Shown here: positions 1 to 11,453 of the stretch, in pieces
Layout: every line of letters begins with the position of its first letter
How positions within the stretch are numbered: position 1 is the first letter of the stretch
Assembly: GCA_965649765.1 (NCBI GenBank)
Contig: OZ287754.1
Location: 37,386,001 to 37,450,000, forward strand
DNA length: 64,000 nucleotides
From: Bispira polyomma
Lineage: Eukaryota
Direction: 5' to 3'
Translations under genes and position numbers: made by a program
Notes under the pieces: generated by a model
Databases searched by the model: none
Told to the model about the DNA's origin: nothing
The model's input: the letters and a program-made list of their open reading frames with translations, nothing else

Positions 1-280
1 CACAATCCAAATATAGGTCCAGTAGTGGATGGTGAGTTTGTTCCACAACATCCTTAGTATACCTGGAATGGGTCTTTACCAAGCGGCCTTGATTTCATGA
101 CCGGAACCCCCATTCACGATGGTGCAGGTGTTATCTTAACCAAACCAGATGGAGATCTAAACCCAACCGACAACATTGCTGAAAGCAAAGAGAGGCTAGA
201 CCAGGGCTTGCGATTTGCCACAAATCAGTTCCCTGGGTCTTATGAGGACAAGAAGGCTGCCATCATAAACCAGTACCCAG
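1..280 (+). pseudogene. Carboxylesterase exon (PVVDG motif and catalytic-acid motif)
   Basis: Frame 1 reads HNPNIGPVVDGEFVPQHP*YTW...DFMTGTPIHDG...NQYP; donor CAG|GTATGG at 280/281, phase 1. Confidence 0.85.
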
Positions 281-1053
281 GTATGGAAACAATAGGAGGG
301 TACAGTAGAACCTATAGGATAAGTACATGTTGTACACATTTTTTTGAAATCAGTAGAATTTCTGTTGTCTTAAGATGTTGAGACAAACATTTGTTCCCTA
401 TGTCGAGCCTCCAAACTAGAAATTCCATGGGAATCTGACTCCGATTGTAAGTTACCTATTAATAAATTTATTTTGTGTATTGACTAGGAAACAAGGCCTT
501 AAATCTTGCTTTAATAAATTACACAACACACACTCATAGAGTAGAACATGTATAAGATCAATTATATGTTCAGATAATAAGAGGTATTTCAATAGCCCAA
601 ATTAGCAATTGGTGTGTAAATATCAAGCGTGTACTTTCAGTCTGAGAAACAAACCATTAAAATAAATCTAAAACAGATGCCATTGTCATATTTGGTTAAA
701 TAGCTTCTTATATTAAGTACAAGTGTTGTATAAATGAAGTTAAAATTGAAAAGCTCTCATTTAACCTTAGCTACGAAGATTAATAATACCAGTGCTATAC
801 GCTATGTATTTGAATTGATTTTAACATTTGAAGTTAAAGGATGTTTGCAATCTTTTGCGAGGTTTCTGCTTTTATCGCTAAACAAAAGTTGTCTTTTAAA
901 AAAGAGACTGACTGACACCTCTCAGTTTAACCTAAATTGTATTTCAAAAAAGAGTGAAATAATAGATACTCTTTCTGCACTTGTTGGACCGGCACCCGGG
1001 TCCCACTAGGACATCAGAGACTATCCTCTACTTTCTTGCCTTTATCCACCTAG

Positions 1054-1159
1054 CTTTTGATGCTAATGACACCGACATTAGGACTAAAGCTGCTGTAGAT
1101 GTGAAGACAGACTACTGGTGTGACTCTGGAGCAAATTACGAAGTTCACCACCATGCAAT
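1054..1159 (+). pseudogene. Carboxylesterase exon
   Basis: Pyrimidine tract plus TAG acceptor; AFDANDTDIRTKAAVDVKTDYWCDSGANYEVHHHA; donor AT|GTGAGT; phase fits the previous exon. Confidence 0.8.
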
Positions 1160-1394
1160 GTGAGTTAATATGTTCCACTGAGCAGCTGCACTTTAGGCGA
1201 AAAATGCGCCATATTTGTTATGCACAAAGTAATGTGTTTTATAACTTAAGTAACATTTACTTGAAGCTTTATGTATCATTCTATCATGATCACACAACTG
1301 GTTAAGACATGAATCAGGCATTGTCATAGTTTTGTGCAAAGTTCACCCATATTTTTTGTATTGTATCACATAATCCCCTTATATTTGCAGTTAG

Positions 1395-1533
1395 AGTACC
1401 TGGAACCACTTACCTGTATGAATATGCCTATTTAAACTCCTTCCTGACCGTTCTGTACGAAGAGGAGTATAACTGGGTGGTAGCAGACCATTCTAATGAT
1501 CTGTGGAGTATCTTTGATGAAGAATATTCATGG
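1395..1533 (+). pseudogene. Carboxylesterase exon with catalytic His motif
   Basis: VPGTTYLYEYAYLNSFLTVLYEEEYNWVVADHSNDLWSIFDEEYSW. The in-frame acceptor is the second AG of CAGTTAG. Confidence 0.8.
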
Positions 1534-1567
1534 GTTTGTTTTACCAATACTTTTGCTTTGAAGTTAA

Positions 1568-1965
1568 AATGGAAAGTAAGATACATTCAGTATTGTTACT
1601 ACTACAACCTTTCTCTAAAAGGTGTTACGTGAGACTTCTGTTTAGATGGAAAGTAAAATACATTTAATTTAGCATAAACTATTACTACTACAGCCTTTCT
1701 CTTAAGGGTGTTACACGAGACTTTTGTTAAGATGGAAAGTATAATACATTCAATTTAGCATAAACTATTACTACTGAAGCATTTTTATAAAGGGTGTTAC
1801 ACAAGACTTCTGTTAAGATAAAAATTTAAAAAAAAATCAATTTAGTATAAACTACTACAACATTTTTCAAAAGGGTGTTACACAAAAATTCTGCGAAAAT
1901 AGAAAGTTAGATACATTCAATTTAGCATAAACTACTACTACTACTACAGCCTTTCCCCAAAGGGT
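1568..1965. repeat. Degenerate intronic tandem repeat, about 5 units of about 76-86 bp
   Basis: Recurring atggaaagt..atacatt.aatttagcataaacta..actac...agggtgttac. Confidence 0.85.
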
Positions 1966-2416
1966 ATGACGAAACATCTGCTGGCTATATAACAGTTATA
2001 GAAGTGAATTATATCATTTGGCAAGGTATACAGATCATCTTAATACCTTCATCAAGGAGAATGTGTTTACGCCCTTGTCTATTAATTTGTTTGGAATGGT
2101 TCTGAGTTGATGCCTTGGTATACACTTTACTAAGTAACCTTGCAGTTAATAGTAGTATCAAACATATACTAGCTTGCTTTTTAAAGACTAAGAATTAAAA
2201 CAAATGATGGTTGGGGAGCTCATACTACACCATATATTTTGCTATTGTACCATTGTGTACAGTACTGTATTTTTGGGAATAACAAAATGTCTGACCAATT
2301 TGAAATATTTAGATGTCCTGTCATGGTTTCGGCCAGGTCTGAGGGGCATGCTTTTGATATATTAGTGGATTGGGCGGCTCCAAAATTGTACATATCACAT
2401 TGAAAAAATATGGTGA

Positions 2417-2943
2417 ACAGTTCCTCAGGATGTGGGCAAATGATAGATGATTAACCAACAACACATAGTGAGAAAAGATTGCGGTTAAATACTTTTATTA
2501 TATATATGATTTCTACTGCTAACATATTTTTATATACAGTTTCTTTGTAGAATAGGTAATACTGTTGTGGGCATAAGGTCCCCTTAAGTCAAGTGAGTTT
2601 AAGGCCTTAAGCTTATACAAAGCTTGGGTTAAGGTGACCTCAGGTATAATGAGTTTAAGAGTATAAGTATGCCAAAGTTGAGTTTGAGTCCAAACTTAAA
2701 GGATTTGAGTTTAAGGTTGAGAGTTTAAGTTTGGTAGAAATTTTTATTTTAAGGGCAAACTTAAGCGATTAAACTTTAAATTTATGTTAGTCTAAAGTTT
2801 GACTCAGGGTTTTAAGTCGAACTGTAGAAACTTGAGTACAATATGTACTAATATAATGAAGGGGGGGACCTTATGCCCCAAAAAGGTATAATATTTAGTG
2901 TTATTTAGACATATCTTAAGCCTAAAATTTTAAGTTAGACCAC
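2417..2943 (-). repeat. Split direct repeat B2 of copy 1
   Basis: Near-identical to 4011-4536. Confidence 0.95.
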
Positions 2944-3856
2944 TTGTATGTCGTTGTATGTATATGTATATAACACTTCTCAAGTAACCATGGTACATGT
3001 AAGAACTGCAAGTACAAAGACTGCTAAAAGTTTAAAAAATTAACAAATGTATAAAAGTTACAGGAAAACCAGGTTCCCACTAAAATAAATTTATAAAACA
3101 GGCAAGCCTGACATCACAGTTTACTAAATATATAATGGACCATGTTTAAAAGAGTAATATATGATATAGCCTTTGAATCACGTAAACCCACTGGCCAGTC
3201 GCTATTCTGATATCGTTGTCAGTCGGCCATCTTGAAACCCAGATTCCATGCATATAAAATAGAATTGTATTTTTAAACTTCCCTACTAGCTCAGTCTGCA
3301 AGCACCTTACGTGATTGACCAATACGATCCCTTAACCTGTGAAAACAAGAAAAACCAAAAACAACCAAAACTCAGTTGGGAAGTTACAGTGACACAAATT
3401 ATTTAAGTAACAGTTATTTTAATATATGATATCAACATCTGCAGGAATCTTGGTCCAGAAATACTGGGACTCCATCGGGATACTGAGGCTCCATGAAATA
3501 CTGAGGCTCCGTGCAATACATTGAAGCATCTTGAAGACAATACTGAGGCTCCAATCATACTAAAGCTGGAGAGAAGCACCACCACAAAACAGAGAGGACC
3601 AGGCCCAGGCACAATCGTTTGCCATCACTGTTCATGAAACACAGATAGAAGACACACAACAAGAAGCACAGACAAACCGGCCAGGTCCCAGCGGGATGCC
3701 GCTCCAGCAAATACCACAGAGGTTAAACGCATCATGTACATCTACATGAGGAGCTTGCTTAACATCTGAAATGACACACACTTTTTTAAGCAGAAATCTG
3801 TAAGTCAGAGCTCCCAGTATATCATATACATTTATCACCAGGGGCAGCGGAGGGTG

Positions 3857-4012
3857 GGTATTTGAATTTTCCTAGTGCTCTGCTGACAAACGGTAAAAGG
3901 CGGGAGAATTTAAAAGGGGGATGGCCTATATACTCGCCCATCCATCCCATAGTAGTGAACAGCCTGGTACCCCAGAACTGAGGCCGTCAACGCTGGGGGC
4001 GTTAGCTTTCAC
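3857..4012 (-). repeat. Split direct repeat A2 of copy 1
   Basis: Near-identical to 11273-11427; abuts B1, sharing AC at 4011-4012. Confidence 0.95.
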
Positions 4013-4536
4013 AGTTCCTCAGGGTGTGGGCAAATGATACATGATCAACCAACAACACATAGTGAGAAAAGATTGGGTTAAATACTTTTATTATATATAT
4101 GATTTCTACTACTAGCATATTTTTATATACAGTTTCTTTGTAGAATAGGTAATACTGTTGTGGGCATAAGGTCCCCTTAACTCAAGTGAGTTTAAGGCCT
4201 TAAGCTTATACAAAGCTTGGGTTAAGGTGACCTCAGGTATAATGAGTTTAAGAGTATAAGTATGCCAAAGTCGAGTTTGAGTCCAAACTTAAAGGATTTG
4301 AGTTTAAGGTTGAGAGTTTAAGTTTGGTAGAAATTTTTATTTTAAGGGCAAACTTAAGCGATTAAACTTTAAATTTATGCTAGTCTAAAGTTTGACTTAG
4401 GGTTTTAAGTCGAACTGTAGAAACTTGAGTACAATATGTACTAATATAATGAAGGGGGGGACCTTATGCCCCAAAAAGGTATAATATTTAGTGTTATTTA
4501 GACATATCTTAAGCCTAAAATTTTAAGTTAGACCAC
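4011..4536 (-). repeat. Split direct repeat B1 of copy 1
   Basis: Near-identical to 2417-2943; begins 12 nt after the YR stop. Confidence 0.95.
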
Positions 4537-4547
4537 CAAGCCCCAAA

Positions 4548-5533
4548 CTAGTAGGTGTTTTGTAGGACATCTTTAAAAGAATCTACAACTTGAGTACCAG
4601 CATCAGCAGAGTCTGAGATGTAACGCCACACGCAATCCGACGTCCAGGTGCCATGTTTTTGAATATCCTGAATCTTGACATTATTGTTAAACGCAAAGGT
4701 GGCACCTGAACGTCGGAAGGCGTGAAAGGTCAAGCCAGAGTATTGAGTACCAAGTAAGGATAGTACATTTTTGAGGTGCCTTCGCACACGTGTGTCCGTT
4801 AGTGGAACCCACGAGCCTTGGAGTTTAAACTGAAATAATGGGAGATTTTTCCCTTTAGGTGAGATGGCTAACACAGCTTTCAAGGCCTGAACAGGACAAA
4901 GAGTTGAATTATTTATACTAGGGATGGTTAGCAAACGAACTGCATCATTTCTCTGCAGCGTCTTAGACCATTTAACCATTATGACTGCATACCCTGGCTT
5001 AAACAGAACATCAGCTCTAGCTAATTGCTTAAGAGGAGAGTAAGACCCCATTGAATGAGGACACAGATTGGATAAATGCAAGAAAGTAAAAAAACTTGTC
5101 AAATAAACAGCCTTGAAGATTTGGCCCATGTAAGTACTATCACATTTACTAATGAGAGCCCTAAGCAAGTGTACATCAAAAATTGACTTCAATTTTGCTT
5201 ATAAAGGTCTATGCATGGCCAAGGCTTTAGTGAAATAAGAAATTCTCTGATCAAAAAATACTTGAACATCTATATGACACATAACACATTTTGCCTTCAC
5301 AGCCGAGATGTGATTTACTACCTGAGAGGCCGAAACACCATTGAAATTTAGAAACTCTAAATACACTAGAATTTGCAACACAGTCACCTTGTGGGGAGGC
5401 CATGACATAAAGGCTCCAAAAGCTAGGCACTGTCGGAACATTCTGTCATATGCTTTATTAGTAGCAGGAGTGAGAGCTGAGTTCAGCCTATTACAAGCCC
5501 GTCGCATCAGAGCCAGACCCACAGGGTGATTGC
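4548..5533 (-). pseudogene. Tyrosine recombinase of copy 1 (frameshifted)
   Basis: ORFs 5199-5522 and 4548-5192: LCPV, HAFRRSGAT, HGTWTSD, WRYI. The catalytic Arg motif reads FLHLSNL (R to H). Confidence 0.93.
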
Positions 5534-5606
5534 CTGGAAAAGAAAAAGCTGAGACCTGCTATATAAGAGTATTCACATGAAGTAAATTTTCAGGGGTAGG
5601 AAGCCA

Positions 5607-6161
5607 TTAAATTGGTCCAGCCAGTTGGTTCAATAGTAGGTGGTTATTTTCTGTCTCAGCCCATCTGGAAAGTAAGTCAGCCACTTTGTTCTCTCTACCT
5701 AGAATGTGGACTACAACAATTTCAATGTCAAACTTACTGGCTAATATGAAAATGTTTCTGGTATAAGTGGCCAATATGGGGTCTCTAGTACGGCCTGTCT
5801 GTAAGACACTGACTACTGCCTGATTGTCACATCTTACTAAAATTCTCTGACCCTTCCATTTTTGGACCCACAACTTCATTGCTACCAAAATGTTTAACAT
5901 TTCAAGAGAAGCTATATTATACTCTGTCATACTTGTAGGAACTTTAATTTGGTATACTTGGTTTCCATAAATCCCCCCCATGCCTGTGAGGCAGGCATCC
6001 AATTGTATCTCGCCTGATATGGGTTTATGTAAGAAAAAGGAGACACCATTGAACTGCTCTGCAAAAGTTCTAAACCAATTTAAGTCACGTCTGAATGCAT
6101 CACTTATTACAATTTTACTTTTACTGTGATTATCTCGTAGCAGTTCCAACATTCTATTCAA
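5607..6161 (-). pseudogene. RNase H domain of copy 1 pol
   Basis: DACLTGMGG, IASLEMLNI, RCDNQAVV, HILGRENKVADLLSR: RNase HI type of DIRS-group elements. Confidence 0.92.
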
Positions 6162-7366
6162 GAAAACCGAGCATACTTAACACATTTAGAGATATATAGC
6201 GAAAGGCCCAGTAAAGACTGTAATTCTCTTTTGGTACAATAATTTTTTGAAGCCCAATCCCTGCACTTGCTCTGAATTTCTGCCATTTTTTCGGATGGGA
6301 TAGAAGTTGTGCATTTGACTGTGTCGATTATTATACCCAAGCATACTACCTCAGTGCTGGGTCGAACCAATTTTTTCTGACTAACTGTGAGGCCTAGTTC
6401 AGCAAGTAATTCTTGCAGTCTTATAAATGTTTTCTGAATTTTGCTGAGAAGTGATACACATAAAAAATCGTCGATATAATTGTGGACGTTATGATTTTCA
6501 GAGTGCATTATGAAACGTACTGCATCCGAAATTCGTTGAAAAATAGTGCTGCCATTCAAATAACCGAACGGCAGTGATTTATCAACATAGTAAGATTTCC
6601 ACTTCAGCCCTAAGAGATCAATGTCGCCAGGGGCAATGGGGACGTGGTGAAACGCCCTACTCATGTCTATTTTAAATATCAGACACCCCTTACCCAATTT
6701 AGACACTTCAGTAGTAAGATGATCAATGGAAGGGTAAGACAGTAAAAAATCGACACCCAGATACAAAGTCGACGAAGCACCTGCATTTACGGAAGCCCGT
6801 TGAGGCCAACTCAAATCCACAATCACACGTCGGTTAATCGAGTTGGGTTTATGTCGGGTCATTAAGGGGGAGCAATGCAAATTCTGAATTGGTGGAGTGT
6901 CGAAAGGACCAAGCATTGCCCCAAAGCCACATTCTTCCTTCATATAGGCGTCTACATGTTGAGGAAATTCCTTTGCCAACTTATGGTTATTTTCATTCGA
7001 CTCAGTGTGAATTTTTCGACACACATCAAGAGGGAATCCGTATTTTATAAGGAGAGGCAGTCGCCAATCCCAGTAAGTTTGTAAATACTTTCCCCACGTT
7101 TCAGCTTTTAATTGAGAATGGACAGGAATCTGGAGGCCAGTATAATTATGCCTGCCATCAAGACGTATTTTCTTGTGCATTTCTAATATGGATAGTTCGT
7201 GCCCTCCCCCACCAAGGTCGGCAATCTCACCGCCCAAAGCCGAGAGAGGAATAAATCCATAAGCATGACTACTCTGGTCCTGCCATTTTTTGTGTGTTTG
7301 ATTCGAGGCCGCCTTCTGCAGCAACTCCCTTTTGTTTTTCTTGTGCTTTAAAGCACACAAATACAC
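6158..7366 (-). pseudogene. Reverse transcriptase of copy 1 pol
   Basis: RRVIVDLSWP, SVN, KIDMSRAF, LPFG, NYIDDF, CLGIIID, LQSLLG; frameshifted relative to the RNase H part. Confidence 0.95.
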
Positions 7367-8013
7367 AAATACAAATACTCAGAAATTTCAACATTTTCAT
7401 TCACACGTTCTGCGCAAGTACTTGTCTCTTGGTGCTTTGCAAAGCCCCCATTGTTACCCGGCGTGTTACTAGAGCGAACGGTCCTCATAATGACTGCATT
7501 GTCCTCCACAGGTATCTGTGCCAACGCGGAAAACCGATTGCTGAGCTGAAGGCCACAGTTAGCTTCATTGACGCGGCTCTTTTTGCCCCCCCCCTTTGAA
7601 TCGATTTTCTAACACTTTTTGTCTCCACGCCCTGTTGCTTTGTGCATGGGGGTCGCTTCACAATAGGTGTCACTTTGTTAACCACTTGAATGGAGGTGCC
7701 AATTACAAGTGTTAACTTTTCAAGCCTTTGAATAGATGTGGCAGCAGAGATGTCAACATTATTCTTGAGTTCATCTCTGCCAGCCTTTTGTGGTTGGCAA
7801 AATCTGCCCTTTGTCACCTTTCCAGAGCTGAACCTGTCAACCCTACCCTTATGGCTCAGACTTTCTGTATGTCCAGTACTATATACAAACATTGATTTCC
7901 TGGCACTAGCAGTACTTTTTAAAGCATCACTATAACTAACATCAGGTCGTTTGACCTTCATATAGCTACACATTTTCTGATACACATTTTTTCCCAACAA
8001 ATGAAAATCTTTA

Positions 8014-10002
8014 GATAGATAGATAGATAGATAGATAGACTTTATTTCAGGCCCAAGGCCCATATTAAAATATAATTAGTACAAGATAAAATAGCATCAC
8101 ACAAAAACATGATAAATATGTACACTAGTAAAAAGGTTCTGTATGAAAGGCTTTAAAATATATGACATACAAGATAAAAGACATATCTGATCAAAATATA
8201 TCAGCTTGATGTATATAAGGCTTTTTGCCAGGATTTACTTATTGTGCCACTTTTCAAATAAAAATTATTGCACAAGGCCTTCACAATATTGTTATTGGAC
8301 GTTTCTATGCGCACTTTGAGACTGTATATACTTTTTCTCAGAATAACACGTAAGCAATCTACATCATTGTTTACAAACATATGGCTGGCACTGTCTCTGT
8401 ATCCATATCCCAGTAACCTACGAACAACATTGTTATATGCCACTCGAATTTTGTTAAAACTTGTTATGTTGTAACTTGTCCATAGAGGACAGCAATAAAA
8501 ACTAGTACGATAAGCCTGCAGTAATTCAATTTTGACATGGGTGGAGCACTGACTAAATTTTCTGAGAAGTGTGTTTCCACGAGCATAAATCCCCCTAGTT
8601 TGTTTCGTAATTTCCTCATCATCTTAAAAACTGTGAGTTAGAATAACGTTTAACAGGGGTGTATCAGCAAGAGACACTGTAGGGCAATTTAATTTATACC
8701 TTTTAGGTTTAAACACTACACAATGAGATTTTTTTGCATTAAACAGTATATCATGTTTTAAGCCATAGTCATAACACTGGTTCATAAGTAGCTGCAACCC
8801 CATCGCAGTAGGTGCTAGAAGACAGAGATCATCTGGCTAAAAGAGATGATTAACACAGGTAGTGACATGGCAACCGATGCCTGATTTAGTTAATAGACAG
8901 ATCATCTAGGTAAATATTAAACAGCTTAGGGGATAGAATCCCACCTTGCCTTACACCATTGCATGAACTAAAACTGTCAGACACACGAGTACCCCATCGT
9001 ACAAGTAATAGTGGTATCTTACGTTTGATTAGTTTATTAAACAATGTCCAATGATTGACACGATCAAAGGCCTTAGAGGCATCTAAAAAACAAGTAAAAA
9101 CAGGGCTATTTAATTTTCTGTAATAGTCAATGGTACTTTTAATTGCGTAAATACACATGTCAGTGGCATGGTTGCTCTTAAAGCCAAATTGGTTGTCAGT
9201 TGTCTGCAGATACATGTCTATATTGTCTAACAGGAATAACTCAAACAGCTTAGAACAAGTAGTGACCAGGGCAATAGGACGATAATTGTTTTCATCATGC
9301 ATGTAGCCAGATTTGTTTTTTACAATTGGTACTAATACAGTTTTCATAAAATCATCAGGGATAAAACCATGGCTAATGATACATGAAAATAACATAGACA
9401 AATAGATACAGATGCTGTGGTCAGCATGTTTAAAATGCTCAGCACTTATTCCATCATGACCACTAGATTTACCAAGTTTCAGACTTTTAATTGCCTTTTT
9501 AATTGCAGCAGGGGAGACAGAGATGCTTTTCTCATTTATCTGGTTGAGTTGGTTCATGACATGAGATTTACATGCATCAGTAGTAACACAGTTTAGCAGA
9601 GCTTTATAATGTTTCTTCCACATTATCACAATATTACTTGATCCACAGGCACCCTTTACTTTTTCCGGGAGTGGAGTATTTAACTTTGAGCTCTGTGAAA
9701 CACTCTTCCAGAAAGACTTCATGTCTTTTTCTTTTAGACTGTTTGCTAATTTATCAGCTTTTATTTGTTGTTCTTGTAACTTGCATTGCCTCAGAGCATA
9801 TTTAAAGCTTAACCTTGAGCATCTCATTTCTTCACAGCTGGGGCCAGATTTATGTTTGCCTAGATTACGCCACAGGACATAATCATTTCTCGCTTTGCTA
9901 TACAATTCTTTTACAAGATCACTCCACCCAGGAACTGAGTAGTCCATTTTGTGTTGATTTTTGCTTAGAGGAAGGCATGCCCTGCTAGCTTCAGAGAGAC
10001 AA
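8014..10002 (-). mobile_element. 5'-truncated non-LTR retrotransposon (LINE) nested in the pol N-terminal region of copy 1
   Basis: ORF 8886-9947 has NYRPIAL, QFGFK, LDASKAFDRV, GVRQGGILSP; decayed C-terminus to 8201; AATAAA plus (TCTA)n tail at 8014-8047; TTTA on both sides (8010-13, 10003-06). Clade not resolved by eye. Confidence 0.9.
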
Positions 10003-10139
10003 TTTATAATGTCATTATAGAATATTGAAATTTCTTCTCTATGAGATGTACTTTTACAGTTAAAATCTTCACTTTGAAGCCTGTGCCGTAGACAGTTCTA
10101 TTTACAACCTTAAAATTTTTCACCTTTTTAACCACTGCA

Positions 10140-11186
10140 TCAGAGCAGTGGCCCCTCAGTTTTTGCCTCTTTTTTGCTACACATACTGGTTTTATGACTA
10201 CCCCCACAAGTTTCACAACCATGCCTATATATCTGCCCCCCTGTGTTGTGTGAACTAGAGAACTTGCAAGTCCCTTCCTGGAAAAACCTGCAAGGTGTCG
10301 ACTTTTTAGTTTTACTGCTGCCAGTGCTAACAGCACGGCCATTCGCCCCATGCATAGATCTCGACACACCTACATGACGTTGGGCGTGTGCCCTGCGAAT
10401 CCGGTCGACCTTCTCGACATCCAACCACCCGAGCTTGTCCATTTCCATATTGGTCAGGACTACCGCGTGGCAGGCCTTCGCCGCCTCCCACTAAAAGTCT
10501 TGGGCGTCCTCCATGAGGCCACTCATATAATCTAGCATAGCGTTCTTAATTTCAGTCGACATCTCCTCCTGAGCGATCCGGGTGAAGCCACAAACCCATT
10601 GTACAAGGGTTAAGTCGTCGTAACTAGGGCGAGTCTTCGAGCTGCCCATCAGCACATAATTCTGGGGCCATTCGACCGCCTTTTTTACAATAACCTCGTT
10701 TCCCCCAGTTCTCTGAGACTAAATTTTACCTGAGGGGTTTTCATTAAAAGACCAGAGTTCCTTTAACCTCTGTTCGACTTGCAACTGAATGTGAGCATTC
10801 TGATTCAAGAATCGATACTCGGAACAACAGTATCCGGGCCAGTAGGTGGGCCTTTACCTTCGTCAGTGGAGACTAGCTCTTTAGAAACACTAGGAGTAAT
10901 GCTAGAAGGAACGGTACTTGCCTTATTACTGGTGAGGTTGGCTGCTAACGCTGCCTCTGTCTGCTGGACTCGCTGATCCATCCTCTCGACTAAGGGATTG
11001 TAACTGCTGTAGTATAGCGCTAGATACAGCCTCGTTCGGATGAACCAGCGAGTCCTCATGAGAGCCAGCGTCAACCTCCACCCCCTCACCTGAGATATCA
11101 GGCATATTAACCAAACAGATTCTTCCAACCGGCCTCTCATGCTTTTGCAGACATTTCGGACAAAACACAGTCTTTTTACCTGGCAT
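10140..11186 (-). pseudogene. Gag-like ORF of copy 1
   Basis: N-terminal CPKCLQKHERPVGRIC knuckle; central WPQNYVL/YDDL/W.AAKACHAVVL; C-terminal CRFFQEGTC..H..HGCETCGGSH..C zinc fingers; stops and frameshifts. Confidence 0.85.
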
Positions 11187-11272
11187 GACTTGAGTGTATA
11201 TTGAATTAAAATACTAAAACCACACAACAGTATATAACATAAACCATAAAACACTCTCTTTGTCACCCAAAC

Positions 11273-11427
11273 GGTATTTGAATTTTCCTAGTGCTCTGCT
11301 GACAAACGGTAAAAGGCGGGAGAATTTGAAAGGGGATGGCTTATATACTCGCCCATCCATCCCATAGTAGTGAACAGCCTGGTACCCCAGAACTGAGGCC
11401 GTCAACGCTGGGGGCGTTAGCTTTCAC
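11273..11427 (-). repeat. Split direct repeat A1 (5' end) of copy 1
   Basis: Matches 3857-4012; contains TATATAA on the minus strand. Confidence 0.95.
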
Positions 11428-11453
11428 TGGTGCCTCTGAGGCAATATTTACAC

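Larger units (their letters stand above)
2417..11427 (-). mobile_element. YR retrotransposon copy 1 (Ngaro-type, family 1), full length, decayed, inside a carboxylesterase intron
   Basis: Minus-strand order A1-gag-RT-RNaseH-YR-B1-A2-spacer-B2; no methyltransferase domain; both ends fixed by the empty-site copy at 12192-12231. Confidence 0.93.

Noticed and set aside
97-381. Standalone 94-aa gene from the ORF track
   Set aside because: It is an internal esterase exon read through its splice donor.
3995-4025. Hammerhead-like CUGAGGA-ACUGU-GAAA formed only at the B1/A2 junction (minus strand)
   Set aside because: The core boxes are present, but I could not build convincing helices I and III or a placed NUH site. 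An Infernal search or cleavage assay would settle it.
2417-11427. DIRS1-type or LTR/integrase classification
   Set aside because: No inverted terminal repeats or ICR, no methyltransferase after RNase H and no DDE integrase; the repeats are split direct.
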